Virus record (IMG/VR): IMGVR_UViG_3300042010_000040
Span: 28,348 to 92,347 of that record
DNA length: 64,000 bases
DNA from: a virus
Reading direction: 5' to 3' (one strand)
How positions within the stretch are numbered: the stretch's first letter is position 1; each line of letters opens with the position of its first letter. Shown here one piece after another: positions 10,370 to 18,872 of this stretch. The notes beneath the pieces were generated by a model. The model searched no databases, was not told where the DNA came from, and saw only the letters and a list, made by a program, of their open reading frames with translations. Made by a program: the position numbers and the translations under genes.

Positions 10370-10650
10370 TGAATCAATGCATCAACTACGTTGTAGAGGT
10401 GGAGAGTACGGCGAGCAAAGTGATATTCAAACTCATCTTTGTCAATAGCCTTACCTTCAGATTCCATACGACTACCCACTACGATTTTACGTACTAGGTC
10501 AATGTCTGGGCGCCAGCCCGGAGTTTCACCATTCTCAATCAGAACATCTTGAATCATGATTGCAAGGGTGGTAGGAAGTGCGTTTGCTACATATTTAACT
10601 TCGTCAATCTCAAAAGATTCAGACGGAAGTTGGGAGAGAGTTTTTGCCAT
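10324..10650 (-). CDS. Tail assembly chaperone (G-like)
   Basis: Position between tube genes and tape measure. Confidence 0.65.
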   Translation of the reverse strand: MAKTLSQLPSESFEIDEVKYVANALPTTLAIMIQDVLIENGETPGWRPDIDLVRKIVVGSRMESEGKAIDKDEFEYHFARRTLHLYNVVDALIQWNFQDVFTESGSEA

Positions 10651-10665
10651 TATTTATCTCAGAAT

Positions 10666-11163
10666 TTAAAGTAAGTTATTTACGAAATCGGATACTTCAT
10701 TTAAAGCAGTGTCAAACAAACTTGTTGAAGGTCTAGTGTTGCCACCTACATTGTAAGACTCGGTGGTCTGTGCGAACAGTTCCCAAGACCGATCTTCAAT
10801 TTGTCCAGTAAACGATGCTGAAGGGTATCCAGTAATATATGCTTCGTTAGTAGAGAACACGCTACTCCCCGAAGCATCTTTAATTGTTAGTGCAATCCTT
10901 GCTGTACCAAGTTCCAAGTCTAAATCATGAATCTGTGAAAGTACATCATTGGTAGGTGAACTACCCATAAGAGTTAGAATAATCGTAGCAGATGTGTCTT
11001 TATTCTTAACTCTCGTGTTCTTACCACGAATCCCACGAATTACTGTAAAACCTTTTACATTTCGTGTAATGGTGATACTCTGCCAACCAGCTACTGGGTA
11101 GCCACCGATGTTAAGACTTACGTCGGAAGGATTATAGGTTGAGACTGTAAAACTATTAGACAT
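10666..11163 (-). CDS. Tail tube-like structural protein
   Basis: TYNPSDV...IKDASGS...RSWEL motif shared with the two upstream genes. Confidence 0.65.
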   Translation of the reverse strand: MSNSFTVSTYNPSDVSLNIGGYPVAGWQSITITRNVKGFTVIRGIRGKNTRVKNKDTSATIILTLMGSSPTNDVLSQIHDLDLELGTARIALTIKDASGSSVFSTNEAYITGYPSASFTGQIEDRSWELFAQTTESYNVGGNTRPSTSLFDTALNEVSDFVNNLL

Positions 11164-11666
11164 TACAGAATACCTTCCAAGATTGGTAGAGCAGAAGCGC
11201 CTATGTTGAACAAGTCTTCAAGCAACCCTGATTCCCCGTTGTTACTACCAATGTTAATAACAGCTTGAGATGATCTGAGAATCCACGTCCTAGGTTCAAA
11301 GTCGTTACTCTTAATTAGAGAAGGGATACCTTCAATCCAAGTATTGGTTGAAAAGAACAAGTCACTGCCTGAACCATCCTTCACCATCATTTGGAACTTG
11401 CCACGCTGGGTGATTTCATCAATCTGCCACAGCTTAGTAAGGAATGTGTTACTTGTACTACCACTTAAAACTGTAAGCTCAATCGTATAAGTTTGGTCAT
11501 TGTTATATACTCTACTGACCATACCAGATGTTGAACGCTGTGTTGAAAATGGAACCATATCCTTATTTATTGAGATAAATGTTCCATCAACAAAACCTTC
11601 CAAGGGAAAGAATCCACAAAGTAATACAGAGACTTCTTGAGGGATGTATGTCGCTAACTCAACCAT
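11163..11666 (-). CDS. Tail tube-like structural protein
   Basis: TYIPQEV...VKDGSGS...RTWIL; paralogue of its neighbours. Confidence 0.65.
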   Translation of the reverse strand: MVELATYIPQEVSVLLCGFFPLEGFVDGTFISINKDMVPFSTQRSTSGMVSRVYNNDQTYTIELTVLSGSTSNTFLTKLWQIDEITQRGKFQMMVKDGSGSDLFFSTNTWIEGIPSLIKSNDFEPRTWILRSSQAVINIGSNNGESGLLEDLFNIGASALPILEGIL

Positions 11667-11710
11667 TAGAATCTCCTAATGAGGGGCTTTACAGCCCCTA
11701 TTAATATTAC

Positions 11711-12241
11711 TTACAATTTCCAACGATCTTCAATCGAGCCACCAAGAGCCTCAACAACAGCAACTGCCGCTTGATCCATTTTGGTGTTACCACCAACCAG
11801 AGTTTGTAGGTTAACAGCGTGAATCATCCATTCACGGTTTTCACCAGTCTCAGCATCGGAATAAGAACTGTCTGCCTGAGTGCCAATGAATGCTTGTTGT
11901 GCAAAGTACAAACTCTGACCAGAGTTGTCCTTAATTGTGATTGAGAAAACGAAGGTATCGGTTGCGTCTTCTTCATCAGCAATTTGCATTTGTTGAAAAA
12001 CACGGTTACTGATAGAAGCTTGGTGTAAAGTTACCGAGATATCGGACGCTTTATTACGACGCTTTACACGGAATGCAGAAAGATCAGAACCAACTACCAG
12101 ACTAGAAGCTGGGGTTTGCCGGGTGATATTAATAAACGTACCCGGAGCAGTACCAGAAACAATATGTGTTTGACCTGCCACGTTAATCAAAATTGTTACT
12201 TCTTCGGGACTATAAGTGCCAAGGATAATATCTGAAGCCAT
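11711..12241 (-). CDS. Tail tube protein (DUF3277-like)
   Basis: Immediately after the sheath; TYSPEEV...IKDNSG...REWMI. Confidence 0.75.
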   Translation of the reverse strand: MASDIILGTYSPEEVTILINVAGQTHIVSGTAPGTFINITRQTPASSLVVGSDLSAFRVKRRNKASDISVTLHQASISNRVFQQMQIADEEDATDTFVFSITIKDNSGQSLYFAQQAFIGTQADSSYSDAETGENREWMIHAVNLQTLVGGNTKMDQAAVAVVEALGGSIEDRWKL

Positions 12242-12252
12242 TTAAACTCTCC

Positions 12253-13536
12253 TTATGCGGTTACAGTGCCAACGATAGTAACAACGCGAACGCTGCCCTG
12301 AAGTCGTGCAGTGAAGAGGAAGTCACCAGCAACACGCTGGATTCGTTGGTTAGCTGCGATGGTCAATGGATCAGGACTTGTGACGGTCCAGCCAGAGTCA
12401 TACAAGCCGTTAGCTTGACCTTGTGCAAGTACAGAGCGCATTTCACTTTCAATGATCAAGAAACCATTACGGGTATATGGAACTTTCAACAAGTTAACAA
12501 GGCGGCTGTAGATAGCCTCTTGCATGCGTGCATAAGTCCAATCGATGCCAATGATGATATCAATCGCGTCACTAACACCAGTAGACATGTTACCGTCTTG
12601 GAAGATGTTAACACCCGCCACAGTAGTGTACATATTAGCATTCTTGGAACGCAAGTTAGTACGCTGAGTATCAGTCAATACAGAAACTGTAACCAAAGTT
12701 GCGCGTTTAAAGTCCCAGTCATTACTGCCCGGAGTACGAGGAAGCTGACTACCAGCCCAAGCTGCTTCTGGATATTCAGTGTCTGCTGTTGGCAGATAGA
12801 TGATTGCAGTACGGCTATAACTACCAGCTTTCAACAAAGATGCTGGATCGGTTGTACCAGTTGTAATGGTAACTGGGTCAGCGGTGCTGGTCAGGTAAAT
12901 TTTATGACGTGGTTGGATAGAGGCAGCAAGAGCCATAATATCAGCAGAAACATGAGTCTCTGCAATCAAAGCATACCAAGCATTAGTCACATCAGTAGCA
13001 GCGTCTAGTGCTTCAACCCAAGTTTCAGTTGGTACAGCATTAACGCCCACCAAATTCGCAGAAGACACAACACTCCAAGCAGTCCCAGCAACAGTAGGTG
13101 CCAAAGTGAGGGTAGTGGTGCCTGTGACAGTGATACCGGTTGGAGTACCAATAGCAGCTTTCAGACCAGTTACAATAGTGGTTGCTGTAGCACCAACACC
13201 AGAAGTGAACGAGTAAAGAACGCCATTGAGAGTTACACTGTAAACAGTGCTATCTGCAACTGTTGGGGTGAAGGTTACACTGTCTACTTGACGGCGACCA
13301 ACGATAATCGAAGGAGGACGTACACCATCTTGACCAAACAGGCGCTGGGCAATCTTATAAACATTGTCTGTGCTGTTGAAGTCGTCAGCTACGGCATCAA
13401 AGTCAGTGTAGGTACGAACACGTTCAGAGAAATTAGTAAATGTTGCGAGCACCAGAGGGATTTGAAAGCTAGCAGTTGCTACTGCTGTGGTTTCTCGATT
13501 TATGGTGATAGAAATAATTGAATCAAGCTCTGCCAT
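12253..13536 (-). CDS. Tail sheath protein (DUF3383-like)
   Basis: YPEAAW, PGS..WDFK, IDIIIGIDW and KVPYT motifs. Confidence 0.85.
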   Translation of the reverse strand: MAELDSIISITINRETTAVATASFQIPLVLATFTNFSERVRTYTDFDAVADDFNSTDNVYKIAQRLFGQDGVRPPSIIVGRRQVDSVTFTPTVADSTVYSVTLNGVLYSFTSGVGATATTIVTGLKAAIGTPTGITVTGTTTLTLAPTVAGTAWSVVSSANLVGVNAVPTETWVEALDAATDVTNAWYALIAETHVSADIMALAASIQPRHKIYLTSTADPVTITTGTTDPASLLKAGSYSRTAIIYLPTADTEYPEAAWAGSQLPRTPGSNDWDFKRATLVTVSVLTDTQRTNLRSKNANMYTTVAGVNIFQDGNMSTGVSDAIDIIIGIDWTYARMQEAIYSRLVNLLKVPYTRNGFLIIESEMRSVLAQGQANGLYDSGWTVTSPDPLTIAANQRIQRVAGDFLFTARLQGSVRVVTIVGTVTA

Positions 13537-13542
13537 CGGATT

Positions 13543-14466
13543 TTATCCTTGTGTGGAGTAAATGTAGCCATATGTAGGAATCTTTTTGGAGATTCTGTTT
13601 TTAATAGTATTAAGTGGGATTCCCAGAGCTAGAGAAGCCTCCTCTAAACTTGAGAACTCCTTTCCTTCTGCCATGTAATTCCTACTTGGTTTTTCTTTCT
13701 TTATTTTATTGTTTTCTTCAAATACTCCACGAAGTATTTGTTGTCTAATACTTTCAGGTCTTTTATTGTAGACCTGCCCAGCTATAAACAAATCTGGAAA
13801 CCAAAACCCTTTGTAGTAGTTTGGAACCTTTAATGCTGTTGAATTTGACTTTCTTTGTGGAACTTTAATGTCCCCTAGATAACCTTCAACCCTGCGCTTT
13901 TCATAAACATTCTGAGAGATATCTAGAGCAGCCAAAGCGTATTTTTTACTAGGGAACCAAAAACCTAACGCATACACAAACTTTTGTGGGCCGGACTTCT
14001 TTTCTGGGATTTTAATTTCACCAAGGAGATTTCTTTTCTTCCTTGAATTAAATAAACCTTGCCCCCACTGAAGCTTACTAAGGGCCGTCCTCAGATTAGG
14101 GAACCACCATCCAGAAACATATATTTCTTTATCATCAGACCTAGATTTAACTGGGCCTCTGAGCCCACCTTTACCACCCATCCCACCAACGGAGAGATTG
14201 TATCCGTGACCAGTTACTAAAGAGTCATAGGAAGAAATGGCCTTTTGCTCAAGAGCATAGATATAATCTCTTGTGCCAATACACAAAACTTCAAAGGTAA
14301 AATTTTCTTTACCGTATTTCTTAACAGCTTTATTGACTGGGCGTCCCTTTTTCACTTTCGTAAAATGTTGAGCCTTTCTGTTGGTTGGATTAGTCGTAAC
14401 ACCAATATATAGCTTCCCATTTACAAGATTTGTTATTTTATATAAATAATGAACGTCGTCTTGCAA
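13543..14466 (-). CDS. GIY-YIG homing endonuclease with repeated DNA-binding modules
   Basis: YLYKITNLVNGKLYIG...R...GYN motif; three YxxGxWFP repeats; inserted in the tail operon. Confidence 0.85.
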   Translation of the reverse strand: MQDDVHYLYKITNLVNGKLYIGVTTNPTNRKAQHFTKVKKGRPVNKAVKKYGKENFTFEVLCIGTRDYIYALEQKAISSYDSLVTGHGYNLSVGGMGGKGGLRGPVKSRSDDKEIYVSGWWFPNLRTALSKLQWGQGLFNSRKKRNLLGEIKIPEKKSGPQKFVYALGFWFPSKKYALAALDISQNVYEKRRVEGYLGDIKVPQRKSNSTALKVPNYYKGFWFPDLFIAGQVYNKRPESIRQQILRGVFEENNKIKKEKPSRNYMAEGKEFSSLEEASLALGIPLNTIKNRISKKIPTYGYIYSTQG

Positions 14467-14476
14467 GATAAGCCTC

Positions 14477-15010
14477 CTAAGGGGTTATGATAAAATCTGG
14501 TGGGACTGTAAACACTTCGCCTGTTAATTCATCAACGATGATTACAGCCTCAACTACATCCACAATCTGCTGTGTATTAACAGCGTATGTAAATACGACA
14601 TCCATATTGTGATATTCAACCCACTTCGTATCTCGTTTCTGTGGTGCTCGACGGATGTTTGTTTTTGTTCTTAGATTAAGACTATTTCTTTGTAGCTCTT
14701 CACGCACAAGTACATTGTTCAATTGTTGTGTGAAGACTTGAGACATTTCCCCAGACTTACTCCCAACAAAACTAAACTGTGCGTAGATATTGTAATTAGC
14801 TTGGATGGTGAGTTCATCTAATTCATTAACTAAAGTAGATGTATATCCTTTACCAACCTGTTCAACTTGCAGAATATTAATTACAACATAACTCTCGGCA
14901 GGTTCTGCACCATTAGAGTGAGAGAAGATAACCTGAGGGTTTGTGAATTCTGATAAGGCTACTAAAGCCCCTTTACGGATACTTGTTCGAACGTCGGAAT
15001 AGACACTCAA
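14477..15010 (-). CDS. Tail terminator / neck protein
   Basis: Synteny upstream of the sheath; TTG start with GAGGAG SD. Confidence 0.65.
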   Translation of the reverse strand: MSVYSDVRTSIRKGALVALSEFTNPQVIFSHSNGAEPAESYVVINILQVEQVGKGYTSTLVNELDELTIQANYNIYAQFSFVGSKSGEMSQVFTQQLNNVLVREELQRNSLNLRTKTNIRRAPQKRDTKWVEYHNMDVVFTYAVNTQQIVDVVEAVIIVDELTGEVFTVPPDFIITP

Positions 15011-15058
15011 TTTTTGCTACTCCTCAGCGTATTGTCTGCACGATATGAGGAAAGGCGA

Positions 15059-15532
15059 TTAAGCGCCCTTTTTAGCTACCTCAAAATCTGTGGTGTCATA
15101 CATTGTCCCACTATCAATCAGAGGATTATTAAAACCCTTGTCTGCAATTGTTTGGGGACTGTTTGGTGGAGTATCCCACTTAGCTATTACATCCTTCATC
15201 TCTTTGACAAAGGTGGGGCCAAGCTTTGTGTACTCTTGTTTAAATGAACTTTTACCTTCTGCAATCCTTTGCATACTTTCTTTGAACAAGCTGTCATAAA
15301 CACCTTTTTTAATTGGTGTCATGAAACCAACCCGTATGAAAGGACGTATTGGGTTGGTTGAGGTTCCTTCCTCGTTAAACTGTGCCACCTGAGCTACGGG
15401 CAGGTTGTCATTCTCGGGTCCATAATTAGAACCTTCAAACCAACCAATCCTAAGTTTATCTTGTGTGTTTTTGGAGATATCCTTCTTCATCTTCTCCCAA
15501 CCAGACTTATCAACCTTCAACTTAAAAGACAT
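15059..15532 (-). CDS. Neck / tail completion protein
   Basis: VAQFNEEGT..PIRPF and PPNSPQTI..KGFNNPLIDSG motifs. Confidence 0.7.
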   Translation of the reverse strand: MSFKLKVDKSGWEKMKKDISKNTQDKLRIGWFEGSNYGPENDNLPVAQVAQFNEEGTSTNPIRPFIRVGFMTPIKKGVYDSLFKESMQRIAEGKSSFKQEYTKLGPTFVKEMKDVIAKWDTPPNSPQTIADKGFNNPLIDSGTMYDTTDFEVAKKGA

Positions 15533-15545
15533 TTTGTTATCCTTT

Positions 15546-15920
15546 TTAGTTTGGGGTTAATTCAATTCTGGCTGCTTGAATTTTAACGTGCTCCAAAATG
15601 CCCATTCCGTTTGTCCAATCATCAACCTTCATAATCTTATAACGATCATTCTTCCAAATGAATTCATCAGCATCCCAGCCTGAAGTTCCCTCTTTAAGAG
15701 TACGGGCATAATCAGCGGAGTAAAATTTAACCCACACTCTTGTCCTGTCAGCTTCGGGAAGCATCATGATTTCATAAGGTTTCAGAGGCTGGATATTTAC
15801 TTGAAGAAGAACTTCAGTAACAGTGCCCTCAACCCAATCACCATCAACAAATGAACCAGCAGTCTGTCTATAGATTGTGAGGGGAATCTTATGCGTCAAA
15901 AGGAATTGTGGTCTTAGCAT
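15546..15920 (-). CDS. Head closure / stopper protein
   Basis: Synteny; G.WVEG and NIQP motifs. Confidence 0.6.
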   Translation of the reverse strand: MLRPQFLLTHKIPLTIYRQTAGSFVDGDWVEGTVTEVLLQVNIQPLKPYEIMMLPEADRTRVWVKFYSADYARTLKEGTSGWDADEFIWKNDRYKIMKVDDWTNGMGILEHVKIQAARIELTPN

Positions 15921-15928
15921 ATCAACTC

Positions 15929-16366
15929 CTAATAAACAAAAGTTTCACCACAAGAAGTGCAGCCGCACCCTGTGGTGCATCCTGTCTCACAACATTCCGC
16001 TTCTCTACAGATATCCCCATCACAAACTTCGATGTTCATGAGCTTGCTTGGACAACTGTTAGCAGACCAAGGCATCAATCCCATAGGGATGAGTACAGTA
16101 GGGTTGTTAATGAAGTTACCAAGAGCTGCTAGATAGTTCTTAGCGTAGTCGTTCCACACAAGAATATCGCCGGTTTGCTCTCTCGTGTTATATCCGGAGA
16201 TAGTGAACGAAGCACTAATAGCAGCCATCCTCGCCGCCTGATACACATTTTGATTATTTAAATCTAAGAATTGTTGTATCTCTTCCTCACTGAATATTGG
16301 GTAAAATGGATTACCCAAAGTATTACCAATCAGCAGGTTAACCTGCTCGACAGGAGTTAATGCCAT
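15929..16366 (-). CDS. Head-tail adaptor with Cys-rich C-terminus
   Basis: V.LLIG...FSEEEIQQFLD adaptor-type motif; synteny. Confidence 0.65.
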   Translation of the reverse strand: MALTPVEQVNLLIGNTLGNPFYPIFSEEEIQQFLDLNNQNVYQAARMAAISASFTISGYNTREQTGDILVWNDYAKNYLAALGNFINNPTVLIPMGLMPWSANSCPSKLMNIEVCDGDICREAECCETGCTTGCGCTSCGETFVY

Positions 16367-16368
16367 AA

Positions 16369-16842
16369 CTATTCCTTTATGTAACCATAGTATTGTAGTT
16401 CGGCTTCCTGTCTTACTTTGATTGCCTCTTCTAAAGAATCGTAACGACCAAGATTAATTCGTTTCTTTTCTTTAGAAATGTAAACTTCCCACTTACCTCT
16501 TTCTGAACACCAACTAACTCCAGTTTTACCTGATGTATTGTGTGCTTTAAGAGTTTGGTTAAAGTTTTGTTCAGAGTAAGTTGTCCACCTGCAATTTTCT
16601 AAGAAGTAGTCACCATTGACATCAATTCTGTCTAGTGTAGTACCTTCTGGACGCTCACCCATATCTTCAAAGAAGTTAAGAACCCCATTAGATGGGTCAA
16701 GCCATCGATCACAAATCTGGATACCTCTACCACCACTATGCTCAAAAGATTTATGATTTTCATCAGTAACCCTCTGAATCATTGCTCGATAGGAAGCATA
16801 TGTCTTTGTTTTATATTTTCCGTGTTTCACATTATGATGCAT
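16369..16842 (-). CDS. HNH/AP2 homing endonuclease
   Basis: GGRGIQICDRW, TLDRIDVNGDY..ENCRW and C-terminal AP2-like domain. Confidence 0.85.
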   Translation of the reverse strand: MHHNVKHGKYKTKTYASYRAMIQRVTDENHKSFEHSGGRGIQICDRWLDPSNGVLNFFEDMGERPEGTTLDRIDVNGDYFLENCRWTTYSEQNFNQTLKAHNTSGKTGVSWCSERGKWEVYISKEKKRINLGRYDSLEEAIKVRQEAELQYYGYIKE

Positions 16843-16894
16843 TTTAGACCTCCTTTAAACTAATTTGATCTAAAATCTTATCACATAATTCTTG

Positions 16895-16923
16895 TAAATA
16901 CAAGGGCAGAACTAACCGCCCTT
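16895..16923 (-). terminator. Intrinsic terminator
   Basis: AAGGGC/GCCCTT stem followed by GTATTT on the minus strand. Confidence 0.55.
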
Positions 16924-16928
16924 TATAC

Positions 16929-17240
16929 TTACGCAGCAGGCATAATACCGGCAGCAATCAATTTAGTAAGCAATGCATTATAAGCTACAGTAACTGCTGC
17001 CAAGTCTGCAAAGTCTGGAGTTTGTTGGGCAGTGAAAGTAATTTGTTTTGCAATACCAGCTACAGCAGTTGTTGCAGCAGCAGTGCCGAGAGCAGTACGA
17101 GCAGCGGCAGCGGTTGCAGCAGTCAATACAGAGCGGCCTACAGCAGTAGAGTCAGTGATGTCAGTGGAGGCAATACCGCCCAAACCAGTATCCAATTCTT
17201 GTACTGCAAAGATCCAACCGTTTTTAGTTGTTACAGCCAT
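16929..17240 (-). CDS. Head fibre / capsid decoration protein
   Basis: ITDSTAVGRSVLTA and YNALLTKLIAAGIM head-fibre-like motifs; directly after the major capsid gene. Confidence 0.6.
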   Translation of the reverse strand: MAVTTKNGWIFAVQELDTGLGGIASTDITDSTAVGRSVLTAATAAAARTALGTAAATTAVAGIAKQITFTAQQTPDFADLAAVTVAYNALLTKLIAAGIMPAA

Positions 17241-17253
17241 ATTTAAATCTCCG

Positions 17254-17280
17254 TAAATAAGGGGCTATATTTCAAGCCCC
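17254..17280 (-). terminator. Intrinsic terminator after major capsid gene
   Basis: GGGGCT/AGCCCC stem plus TTATTT. Confidence 0.65.
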
Positions 17281-17290
17281 ATTAGATCGT

Positions 17291-18355
17291 TTACAAGTAC
17301 AGACGAACAACAGCGGCAGGATTGAGCATGGCGTTCAAGAAGTTCTGCTCGGTCATGATTTCGATGATGTCATCTTTTTCATTCAGGTATTCGAACCAGT
17401 ACGAACCTTGGGCACGACGGTTGATCGAACCAAAACGGTTAGCCGGAGCGTAGTAGGTTTTGAACAGATCACGAACACCAACAGGCAGCAAGTAAGCATC
17501 ACCTTCTGGAATGAACGGTACGAAAGTACCAGCAGCATTCTCGTAACCACCGGCACCGGCATTGATGAATGTGATACCGAATACAGTCATCTGTTCGAAA
17601 CGTGCATCCAGACCAGCAACATCTGCACCACCTTTACCCAACAGAATGCTTGTACCTTGGCTTTGGTCAACATACTTGAATGCGTCAGTTACGAAAGCAT
17701 TCTGTTGCAGAGCCATATAGAAGCTGTCGGAGCACAGGCATACGAAGGCACGAACAGTACCGGCTTGACCATCACGCAGACCATTACGAACAGCTTTCTT
17801 AGCAGTGTTCAGAACAGCACGAGGATCAGCAGCACCTGCGAAGTCAACATCGATTTCTTCACGAGTAACATCAAACTCGGTGTAGTAGTTGGTTACTACA
17901 GTGCCACGAGGGGCGTAAGCAGTACCACTTACAATCAGTTGCATACGAGCAGCTTCAAGAGTGAGGGAATGCGCTTCACGCAGATCAATCATCTTGTCAG
18001 CACGAACCGAAGCTACAGTTTCCAGCTCAGCAAACTCAGCCAGACTACCACCTTGAACAATACCATCGATATCATTAGGGGTGATTGCGTCATCAGCAGG
18101 GAAGTGAGGGATCTTCAGCAACAGGGAATCTTGTTCACGACCAGCGATGGTCTGATTACGTTCGTCCCAGTTACGGTCTTCCAGAATGTGACTTTTCTTG
18201 GTGTTACGAACAATCTCGATGTTCTTCTGGCTGCGATAGTCAGGAGTAAACAAACCGAGAGCGTTAGTGATACCAACAGTATTAGGAACAATGATCAGGG
18301 ATTCGGTGCGGTCTACAACCTTACCCGGATTGTTGCGGTCAAGTACAATTGCCAT
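17291..18355 (-). CDS. Major capsid protein (lambda gpE-like)
   Basis: IPHFP.DD.ITP.DI motif, size, strong codon bias and synteny. Confidence 0.9.
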   Translation of the reverse strand: MAIVLDRNNPGKVVDRTESLIIVPNTVGITNALGLFTPDYRSQKNIEIVRNTKKSHILEDRNWDERNQTIAGREQDSLLLKIPHFPADDAITPNDIDGIVQGGSLAEFAELETVASVRADKMIDLREAHSLTLEAARMQLIVSGTAYAPRGTVVTNYYTEFDVTREEIDVDFAGAADPRAVLNTAKKAVRNGLRDGQAGTVRAFVCLCSDSFYMALQQNAFVTDAFKYVDQSQGTSILLGKGGADVAGLDARFEQMTVFGITFINAGAGGYENAAGTFVPFIPEGDAYLLPVGVRDLFKTYYAPANRFGSINRRAQGSYWFEYLNEKDDIIEIMTEQNFLNAMLNPAAVVRLYL

Positions 18356-18383
18356 AGTATTTATAATTCCTTAAGGTCGTAGA

Positions 18384-18848
18384 TTAAACAGTTTTGAGAA
18401 CTTGGATGCCTTGTTGCTCAAGCAGACCCTTCAGGGTTTCAACTTCAGCGTCAGACAGATCGGCACCACCATCAACAGCAGCCGACTTAGCTACTTGTTT
18501 GATGTAGTATTCTTTGAGTTGCAGAGCACCCGAAGTACCTACAAAACCAACAGCGTTATATTTACCAGAGGCAATTGCACGAGGAACAAACGAAGGGTTG
18601 AACGAGAAATGATCGCCATATACAACAGCGAATTCATTGGTCAGAACCAGTGGAGCTTCAGAAGCGAGTACGGTCCAAGCAGCAGTAAGATCGGCAGACT
18701 TGGCACGATAAACTACAGTACCCATACGGATAGCTGGAGTGATTGGAGTGATATTCAGATCACGGCGGCTGTAACCAACCGAGGGGTCCATCTCATGGAC
18801 AACCAGATCAGAGAAGCGTTGTACGAAAGTTTCAGCAACGAAAGGCAT
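18384..18848 (-). CDS. Head decoration / stabilisation protein
   Basis: SDLVVHE...GYSR motif; between protease and capsid genes. Confidence 0.7.
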   Translation of the reverse strand: MPFVAETFVQRFSDLVVHEMDPSVGYSRRDLNITPITPAIRMGTVVYRAKSADLTAAWTVLASEAPLVLTNEFAVVYGDHFSFNPSFVPRAIASGKYNAVGFVGTSGALQLKEYYIKQVAKSAAVDGGADLSDAEVETLKGLLEQQGIQVLKTV

Positions 18849-18872
18849 ATTTGTTTCCTTTAAATAATGTAA

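Noticed and set aside
15059-15532. Possible RNA polymerase label, which I recall being applied to such genes in related phages
   Set aside because: Only 157 aa, no polymerase motifs, and it sits among neck genes
17408-18382. 324-aa antisense ORF over the major capsid gene (similar ones over 12346, 18402 and 18891)
   Set aside because: Shadow ORFs expected from the strong codon bias of highly expressed genes; no SD or recognisable protein features
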